The position numbers and the translations under genes were made by a program. Below are positions 1-9,746 of a DNA stretch of 64,000 bases, piece after piece. This DNA comes from Takakia lepidozioides (Eukaryota; Plantae; Bryophyta). How positions within the stretch are numbered: the stretch's first letter is position 1; every line of letters begins with the position of its first letter. The DNA lies in contig CM060732.1 in assembly GCA_030704615.1 (NCBI GenBank), forward strand, positions 81,406,001-81,470,000, written 5' to 3'. The notes beneath the pieces are model-generated. The model was not told the DNA's origin. It worked only from the letters and a program-made list of their open reading frames with translations, and ran no database searches.

Positions 1-874
1 ACTATATGGGAAGGGAGTTCTAAGCATAGCGGATAGTTTCACAGCCAAACCTGTGCCCTTGAAGTTTATTCTGTCAGCTTTCTCCAGGCTGTCAACATTG
101 CTGTAAGATTGGAATGCTCACACTGAGTAGAGGAACGGTATAAAATGGATGGACTTGGTCACTTGAAAGGAACTGAGTCATGTAAGGCAAACTAGCCCCC
201 ACAGGAATACCTTGGTGATTATGCACATCAAATTGAGGCTAGAATCTTGAAGACAAATGAACATCAAATTTACAGGTAAGTTTCACCACTGGAGTATGCC
301 TTATGTGATGGTTGTGGCTCTCATACTCCTTCATGTCTCACTTCTTTCCCCCCCTTCTCTTCTACTTGATACAAGATGGGGGGTCTATTGCCACTTGTCA
401 TAATTACTTCTGTCCCATTCAAAGGTTTTGACTGGAAGGGACATTTAAGCTGTCAATGTGGAACCCCTAGCCCCTGGATGAGGCACTTCTACTTTCAGTG
501 CATAATGTCAAGTAGTTGTGCTGTTCTACTTCGTCCCTTGGGTCCTTCGGGTCCCCTATGGACTACATACAGTTTCTTTTTGTGGAGCATATCCAGCAAA
601 CTTAATAAGTTTCTGTTTCTGTATCTTTCTCCACTGAACCAGCTAACATCAGATTCCCAATCCTCCAAAAATACCCTTCTAGTTGGCAGAGCCAATCACT
701 ACCTCTCACCTAAGCTTCCATGGGGCCCATTCTGGTCAACGTCGATATCTGATCTTTGTAGTCACCTTGTGGCACACCAACACAAAATAGCTCTATAGTA
801 TATACATGTACAGATTTGCATCCATCCTCTTCGTGTTGCAAATCAATGACCCCTCCATATAATGAATTTACTCA

Positions 875-3800
875 TCACTGCCACGGCATCCTATTTAGAT
901 GTTGTCCCTGTGCTGGCCCACTTCCCTTTCTGCTACTTTTTTCCCTGTTCTTCCTATTATGATTAGGGTCATTCAAATTTGTACTGGGAGGTGGACATGA
1001 AACTGGGTTTCTTTCCCTCTCTATCAGTGCAAGAGGTGGCTGTCTGCAGTACTCACTGGAACTTGCATTGGAAGGGGGTTTTTGATGGGCACTGCCACTA
1101 CGTATTTTTGGGACGGGACACTTTTCTTTATTTTGGTGAGCCCCATGATGCCTCCCATAGTCTTTTGCATGACTTTTCAAGGTCCCAGGAGACTGCTCAC
1201 GACTTGGGGACCTCCTAAGGAATTTCCCATGGGTCGAGGGACTGTCAATGGACGTACTTGGCGAGTGGTCATTCAGCTGCAGCCTGTCCCTTCTTTTAGA
1301 TACATCAGGACCATGAAAGAGCTCAGCATTGCCAAAATCAGAGTCGGCACTGTGAGATTGGTGGACCATTTGACCAGGGAGGGCGACCCCAAAGGAGCCA
1401 TCACAAACGCAAGGGGATCTGCTTCTTGAGATACCATTGCTGCTCCTCAAAACATGAGACCGCTCAACAGAGGTCTCTCTTTTCACATGGTCCTGTCTCC
1501 CAATATGGGAAATACCAGGGGGCTTACTTCGAACAGAACTCTGGTGTGAGGAGGTGTTTCGTCGCTGAGTATAGGGGCCATTAGGGGACTTCCTATGTTG
1601 AGAATTGTCCCTCTCTTTCAAGGGGCAAATATTGGACTTCTGGGGATGGTTGACCCTTGGGAGAGTGTAGGTGCTCTCAGCAGACCCACACTTCCCTTTG
1701 TGGCCCACATCATCTTTGGATGGGTACTTGCTCTGTAACAAAATGTCTCTTTCTTGGGAAGGACCTTCAGTGGAGAGCAAGCAACAGGCTGCTTCCCTCT
1801 CTAAGCTTTGATGGAATCGGCCATCTGTTGGTGTGGGGTATCGTTTGTCAGATAGTGCAGTGCCATTCTGCCTGACTTTTGCACTCCAATGTTCTGTGAT
1901 CTGTGTGAAATTTCTTTCTTCTTGTGAGGAGCTCTGAGTATCCTCACTCAGCTCTGTAAGTGGTGATGGGCTCCTGTACAATTTGTCATCCTCCTGTGCT
2001 AGTAAGTTTTTTGCTGTTTGAGAAGTGTTTTGTTTAATTTTCTCAAATTGGACAAGCAAGCTTTCGTATCGGGCTTGTAAACTTTCAAGACACTCATCCT
2101 GGGGGAAACTGTCACTTGGTTCACTGGTTGCAGTTTTAGGGGACTCCATCTCTGGTTCAGATGATTGCAAGCTCATAGACAACACGCTAACCTCTAGTCC
2201 TTCAGAAGGAAAGCTATCGTGGGTTACATCCCTCATCTCTGCATGAAAGCTCTCCAGAGGCTTCGTCCATGGCAACTTCCTTTCATGAGTGCAGGAGCTA
2301 CCAATCAACTGCGTTTCGGCTTCCTGAGTTTGCAGCATCCTGAGTACCTCAGGTGGAGGGTAGTGTTTCTCAGACATCGGAGCATTGCGTTGCTCAAATT
2401 CCACTAATTGTGCATGGAAGATATAGGGTGATGTTCTCTGTCGGAGACGATCCTTTTTATCAGCTGTAAGGCTCCCAGGAACTTTTCTGTGGGAGTGTCC
2501 TGTCTTAGATAACTCTCGATCCTCTGCTGGGGGATAGTATTTTGGTGGACTCGTTTTGTTAATATGTCGTACCTGGGCATGGTGGCTTTCAGAGGACTTG
2601 CCTTTGCCTTTGTGCTTCTGTGGGGTTGCATGTATATCACCATCCCGTGACTGTTGTCCAGGAAATTGGAGTTTCCTCACCAGAGCAGAGGCCCTTGAAG
2701 ACTTGCTATGTGGGTACTTCTTACTTCCTTCCACACAGGAGCTCTGAGTAGACAGGCTTTCTTCACTTTGGGATAGTGGTTTCCCACACAAGTGGCTCAC
2801 CCTTGGGGAGGGGTATTGTTTCCCTGATGGAGAGGTGACATGGTGCTCCACCACATGTCTCTGGCAGTGGGAATTTCTAACGAGCTGACTCCAATGGATG
2901 CCATCATCTTCATGCTTTCTGCCACCTTCCTCTCTTTGGAATTGCAACGCCTCAAACAAAGGGTTTTCCCTTGGAGTGGGATAGTGTATCTCGGATGGAG
3001 GAGTGACATGGTGCTCAACTGAACCTCTCTGGTAATAGGAGATTCTAAGTAGTTGACTCCACTGCATGCCATCAGGTCCGTACATTTCAGTGCCCTCCGG
3101 AGTGAGGGAGTTGTTCATTAATGATGTAATGGCATGTGAATCCACATGCCCTGCTTCGGAATGATAGTGCCTACAGAGATCAATCTGGAACCCTTGGGGA
3201 CAGTTGCTACTATGAGAGGAGGTGGGTCCAATGGTTATATGAGGTAAGTCGGTGGGAGGTTCATTTCGTAGGGGTGTGAGACCTTGATAGATGTCCCCCT
3301 TTCTCTGCTTGTGGAAGTTACCATGGGCTCTATGTCGTTTTCCTTCATTGTGTTGGTTGTGCCAAGAGCTTCTACAGTGTTCACTCCCTTCACGGTCCAA
3401 ATCTCTCCTTGTCTCAAGAAGAGAACCCTCGTCCATACTGCTACACTTCTCTGTATCTCCCTGCCTGGTAGGATTCTCAGATGTTGTACTTCTGTGATGT
3501 GTTTCATTGCCCATATCGCAAAGGGAGCTTTCAGAGGTTGTAGGGAAGCCCGAATCATCCCATGTTGCTGAACAGGAAGTTTCATTTGAATTGACCTCTG
3601 GAGTTCCAGGCTGTGAAATTCCAACCCCTCCCCAGGGGTGACATCTCACAGAAATTGTGTCCAGTTCACACTGAGATGTACTTTCATCCCCCTCTCTATC
3701 ACCCTGGCAGTCTTGAGAGAGAATGCTCTCTGGGTAGTGCAAATCATTACATGTATTTTCATGGTTGTTCTCACTTCCCTCTTGGTCCTGGTAGCTTGCA

Positions 3801-6800
3801 GAGGGTTGGCTCTGTAGCTGCTGTGAATCAACTCTTTGAGAGGGAAAGCTCTGGTGTAGATGGATCTGCAGTGTCTTGTAATGGGAGGCTGCAGGGGGCT
3901 TCCTCCTTCGGATTGCAGGCTGAATCAATTCTCAACAGAAGGAACATGTTTTAGCATTGATGAAATGATTGGAAGATTTGATGAGATCTACATGTGTACT
4001 GTACTTTTGATGCCTTACCATTGCATGAATTTCTTTGAATCATGTTTAGTTGTCAGTGTCAGTATGAAACTCCCATAGCTTTCCACTGCTAATGACTGCC
4101 CATCAGAGATTAAGCTCGTACCAAGAGTACTGCCAGTGACTCCAATCCACTGCAACTGCACTGTTACAACTCCAACCGGCAGTCAAACTGCAATTTGAAC
4201 TAGCAGGGAGGAGGGAGAAAAGAAAGGGAGTACCTTGGGTGGAAAAGCATGGGAGGCACGTTGTTTCGACCAAGTGTTGAACAAGTGTAACACTTGAGAG
4301 GTACTTGTAGGTGGGAATATTTGTGCCAGCTCCATGGCCCTCTCACTGGTGATTGTGATGTGGGGTGGCACGTGCTTGAAGTGACGCCTGTAGTAGGCAC
4401 GGGCTGTCCATGGCACCCAGCTTCTCAGGCGTTGGCCCAAGTCCTATGAATTTTGTCAGAGCTCAGGTCAGTGGAAATCATAATGTTCCTACGGGCATGG
4501 TCTAAATTAGATACTTAGCAGCCCCTGTCCTATTCCCCAAATCTCTGCAATGTAGTTCACAATGAATGTGTCTTTCTTGGTACCATTACAGTTCCTTTGG
4601 TGTCCTACTCAGTAATTCACGAGGACTATTGGGGTGGATAATGAGAATGGCATGTACCTCAATGATGGGCATGGCCTCTATCTTGAGTCGGACATACTGG
4701 GCCCTCATCTCTGTATCCAAGCCAAATTTATCCAATTTTGAACTGCTACCAAACTGCATCTCCACTAGTGTTTGGCTGCTTTTGAGCTCTTTCTGCTTCC
4801 TCTCTGTTGCCTGTAGGGCAAGTATGTTTTGAGTCTCCCACACTAAAGTGGGTGGTGAGTCTGTCTGTAATAGACGAATAGTTGCACCTAAGTAGGCAAG
4901 CTAGGGTTTTTCGAACTGTTTCCTTACTCGGGTTAGTGCATAAGCACAGTGATTCAAGACAAGCAAATCCAACCCACAGTGATTGAGTGGAAACTCTGAG
5001 ATGGACAGTGGTTGATGTTTTAGAAGGCATACAGAAGAATCATGTAACCTTGATTTGAATCTAGTATTATTGCCACTGATATCCTTTGAGTATAATGCCT
5101 TAAGAAAGGCTTACCGAGTTCTTTAAACGACCGATAGAATATGGCAATGTGCTCTGAAATTGTGCAGCGTGGGCACCCTGTATGTGAATGTAAGGGGTGA
5201 CATTCTCACCCAGTGCTTGTGTGGCAGAGAATAAAAACTCTTTGGCCAGTACTGGCAAACTGCATCCAATCAGAATTAGAAATGATGTTACTTGTGTAAC
5301 TGAAGGAATTCAGCTCCTATGGACTTCTGTTCGTGCAGCAGCCTCATTTGTTTGGTGTTATACCCTAGTTTTACACTTCATACTTGAACTCCATAACCTG
5401 ATGGGGGTCAGAGCAATTGGTGGCAATTGCTGGTAGAAGCAAGAAGACCAAACTAACAATTGAACTGTGTCCGCAGAAGGGGCAAGGGACAGGGAACACT
5501 ACTGAACCAAATACAAAACTTAGTGAAGGGAAATTACTAATTTGTGAAGCTAGAGTGTAATAGAATGTAAGTTCAATAGATAGTTACACCAGTAGCCAAT
5601 GAAAATAACTTGCTCAACATGCTGCTGCTGCTTCTTTCATAAACCCACACCTTCGAAGCTTACTCTACCACTAAGGTTGTCAATAATCAACTGGTGGCAA
5701 AATGTGGAGTACACAACTAGCCTATGAAATCCTTGATTGATTGCTTTCAGCTACTGCGAAGTGACAAACCCAATTTGTGCCAGAGCAAGTGGTGAAACTG
5801 TTAGAACTCTGTCTTAGAATTCCCAAATTCTTGAGGGTTGCATTCAAGCGCGCACTGAAACCCCGTCACAAGCCTTCTTCAAGGTCATTGTGGACCTAAG
5901 CACTTCTATTTCATATGCTAGAACTAAATGCAGTGGCGGAAGATTGTTTGTAATGAAATGGGACAGACAATCTACGGAGTAGAGGTTTGTCATTAAGGTT
6001 TGGAGATTATACCTGTCATCATGGGAATATGGGTGAAATTTGTATACCATTTGCTGTAATACATTGAAGCGTTGGTAGGTGGACCACATCCGCTTTGTGT
6101 AGCTGAAAGTCCTAGTGCTTGGCAATCCCTCTATCACCTGTAGTGCATTGAACTTACATACTTGAGCTCAGAAATATGGCATACCCCATTGTTGTGCTTT
6201 ACAGTGATTTCTTTCATGTTGCACACTGCTGTTAAGTAAACATTATTTGGACCTCGAGTCTAAGTCAGTAGATACCCCAACACTTTTGTGGCATGTTACA
6301 TCATGTGAGTGAGTTTGTGGAACCAAATTGCTCTCAAATGCATGTTGTTTTTTGCTTTACTTTGCATCTCATCCTTCGATCTTTTGTTGCAATTTGGTTA
6401 AGAGCTTTCAAACACCTTCATCAACACCAGGGATGCAGGAAAGTGTGACTGACCTTCAATAATATGTCATGATGGTTCAATATATGGTGAGCAATGGCTT
6501 CGTCAAACTCATCATATTTTAATTCCTTCAGTGTGGACTGTCCGGGTAATGCTTTTGAATCTTTGATTTGACATGGGATTGAAAGAGGAGGATTGTCCAT
6601 CGCTTCCCTAAGCAGCTCAAGACGAGACTTGGGGTCTCTCAAACTCCTCACATCACTACATTGTGCTTGTGCAACAACCGCCCTCATCATGTGCAAAACC
6701 GTGCGAATAAGAGCATGTCGTGCACAATATGTAGCCGCCGACATGTATCCTGGAAACAGCTACATTACAAGCAATTTCTATGGGCTCAGAAGCTGAGATT

Positions 6801-8488
6801 GGATTGTCATATGTCATGTGTCACGGCTGAATACAAATTACTAGATCAGAGGTGATAGTATGGTACAATTGTAGGCCATGAAATGAGAAAGAATACTGAT
6901 GAGGAGGAAATCTATCGTGTGCAAAAGTGCCAATGCTGTATCTGATCAGGTGTACACATTTCTTCTTCTCGGAATGCAAGTAAATATTGGATCTCATAAC
7001 GCTTGAAAAATCCACCTTATGTAAATTTTGGCGATTAGTGGGCCAGTGACTCAACACAGTCACAAATATCCGTGCAGGCAAACTCTCCAAGATCGGCTCA
7101 TCGTCTCCAATTCCCTCCAGACAGGGATTAAGCTCCTGTGATCACGATCAAACCTCAATTTTGTAACCTCGCCTAAAACTGAAGACAAGATGTTGAGATG
7201 CACCTAAATAAGGTACATGCCACTAGACTGCAGGTAGTAGGCTTTGTAGTTGTAAAAACCGTGATTGATTCGCTCATCCTTCTATGCTAGTAGTTTGTCT
7301 TTCTGAAACCCATGAGCCTCTTCTGTTGTATAATATTGTTATATACAAGTTCGCACTGTGCATCCTAACAAAGATTAGGATTGCACGTACCACCAACATG
7401 GCTGGTCGCATATGATAGTGGGTAGCCAAAGAGGTGACGGTGTCACCATCAACCAGAGCATGCTTCGTCGTGACATCTCGTAGCTGACACTTTCTCTTCA
7501 CATTGCACCATGGGCAAAACTGATCACCGAAAGCGCTGATGCATCCGTTACACACAGCCGTTCTAAAGAAAGCCATGTGATGGCACTCGATAAAAGCCAC
7601 CTCCAATCGCCGCCCCTCTCCGAGATCCAACCCATCTTCTTGAACTGTATATAATTGTTGCATCAAGTTCTGAGGATCTTTCTTATCAGCTATGTAACTA
7701 TACGTTTGGTCCCAGTTGTGATCTTTTCCTGCCCACTTTGCTACACTGATGCAGGACAGAGGGCTCATGTCACACAACAACTCCATCATCACCTCACATA
7801 CACTTCCTGGCTTGTCATTGTGGGCACGGGCGTCGATACCCAACTTGAAATGTGCAACCTTCTCTATCTTGGTATTTGTCCGATTCTCATGTATGAGAAT
7901 CAAGCAGACCAGCCAAGCTTGAATGCAATCTACACGCACACCAAAAGTATCCCCGTTAATGGTAACCCACCCAAAACCCATGCGTCTTCCCTCTGCTGCC
8001 CACTCATCTAGTTTTCGAGCAATTGAGACAGGACATGCCCCCTTCAAAACACCGAAATCATCGATTTTTCGAATGACCCCCAACATCTCTTGTGAGATGG
8101 TGGCTGAGCTGAAGATTGTTGCAAGTTGCTCAAAACTCAAAGAGTGGCTGTTTGGACCTGTCTTCTTCAAATTTCTAACTCTCTTTTGTTGCTTGATTTT
8201 AATCCTCTTCTTTGGTTTAATTCTCCTTGGTCGAACTTGGATGGCCGAAGGTTTACTAGATGGATCGTTGACAGCGGTGACAGGTGCCACCATCGGTGGG
8301 CGCTTGCCAGTAATTACCACAATCAAGCGTGGGCGCATGCAAGTTATCACTGTCTCTCTTGACTCCTTGCAAATTTCTGTGTTGCATGAAGTCCCGGGAG
8401 TATATCGAGCTTCTAAGTGCTCCACTGAGTCGGTATGTGAGGCAGCAGTGAGAATGGTTTCCAATTCCAATAGACCACTGAATGGCTC
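875..8488 (-). CDS. RAG1/Transib-like transposase-fold protein with LysM-like insertion and long disordered C-terminal tail (putative domesticated transposase; 5' end uncertain)
   Basis: Exons 8488-7391, 7135-7016, 6759-6454, 6137-6013, 5259-5115, 4810-4658, 4443-4234 and 3919-875 have GT-AG junctions, consistent phases and no internal stop (1733 codons). Motifs in order: KLGIDAR, ECHHMAFF, FCPWC, CARHALIR, MWSTY, VTPYIHIQGAH, SIGRLKNS|ATERKQK. The first 7 exons are well supported by motif continuity. The join to 3919-875 is less certain. The first in-frame ATG is at 8338; otherwise there is an unidentified upstream exon. Confidence 0.72.
2800..3075. repeat. Degenerate coding tandem duplication, 168-bp (56-aa) period
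   Basis: 2800-2907 resembles 2968-3075. The protein copies are QWSQLLRISYYQRGSVEHHVTPPSEIHYPTPR and HWSQLVRNSHCQRHVVEHHVTSPSGKQYPSPR. Confidence 0.85.
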
Positions 8489-9746
8489 CTGAACAGCAGA
8501 GGCCAGAGCAATTTTGGGTACAGATCAGGCTGCAGACTTCCTACAACTGGGTTTCTAACCAATTGCTAGTGCTAATGACTTATTCACACACAATCTACTC
8601 TAATATGTACCCTTTACCAAAACTGGAGTATCAAAAAGTTCCTACTCGATGAAATCTAAGCTGCTTAGAAATTATCAACTGCAGCATATAAAGAGATCAG
8701 CAAGTTTTGATTTAAAGACGCTTGAACTTCAGAAAGAGAGCATGGGCTTGCAATGCCAAGACTTAAAAATGTTATATCCATCAAGTTTTCTTGTTAGTTG
8801 AAAGTTCAAAATTCTTTACCGACACTGCAATCTCATCACCTAAAATAACTCCCTGCAACCGCTGGAAATGTTAGTAGAAGAGACTTTATATTGCTGTATC
8901 TAAGAGGATAACTATGCACAGGGACAAAAGCAGTCCTATATGCTGCAAAGAAACTGTACAAAATTCCAAGGTGGTTTAAGGTGTAAACGGAAATCTATTG
9001 CAACTGTACAAAAGCACTTAAAGGAACAGCACCATCTCTTTTGAGAATGCCCTTAGACACACTTTCCCCTGCAAACTAACAGACATATGGAGCTCAGACG
9101 CGTTACATTTCCTAGTTTTTGCTCCATTGTCCCACATGGCTATGTCAGAGCCTAAACAGTCTTTTCTGCTCACCTGGCAATACAATACATATACCACTAA
9201 CTTGCAAAGAGTTTGGACTATCTGCATTATCAGGTTTTCCATAGTTACAATATTGCAATCTCATCTTTTGCTCAGTTATCAGTATTTTACCTTCACCAGA
9301 TCAGGTGAAAACACAGGTACAAACACAGCACAATTTTGCTGTAATTGAGTTGGGGAACACGCGATAGCTTGACAAATGAACTAACAGAAGAGTTGCATAT
9401 ATGGGTTTTAGTCTCTCTATGGACAACATAAAAGTTTTTCTTTTCTTAAATCAAGACTAAACGCCACTCAGATTGCTATGTACCAGTATGACAAATTCCA
9501 GCCCAGTTTACAAACCCTACAAGCTCCCAAAGGCTTTGTATCAGGGACCAGTCATTGGATCCATCATCTCTTTTCCCCTCCCTCGACAGAAATCAGAAAG
9601 CCAGACAGAATCAACGAGTCGCAGGGTTCAACCAGTATGCTGTCACAGAATACTATTGTATGCAGACAAACAGAATAATTTTCAGATCCAATATTTTCAC
9701 AAACTTGGTCAATTGAGGAGATAGGGGAAGGGAGATAAAGGGAGAA

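Noticed and set aside
376-798. Short ORFs at 495-695 (-) and 376-798 (+)
   Set aside because: No recognisable domain and no convincing splice connection to the large ORF.
4015-4155. Possible alternative terminal exon (LQWIG..FMQW*) of the RAG1-like gene
   Set aside because: It has no motif support and its phase-2 donor lacks a good matching acceptor. It cannot be excluded without cDNA.
4945-4984. Two CACAGTG (RSS heptamer) copies 30 bp apart in an intron of the RAG1-like gene
   Set aside because: There is no ACAAAAACC-like nonamer at 12- or 23-bp spacing, they are internal rather than terminal, and a 7-mer is expected several times by chance in 64 kb.
5844-6012. Continuation of ORF 5844-6137 (..LPPLHLVLAY..) as the His motif
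   Set aside because: Splicing at 6013 to 5259 gives the much better TPYIHIQGAH motif in phase, so this stretch is treated as intron.
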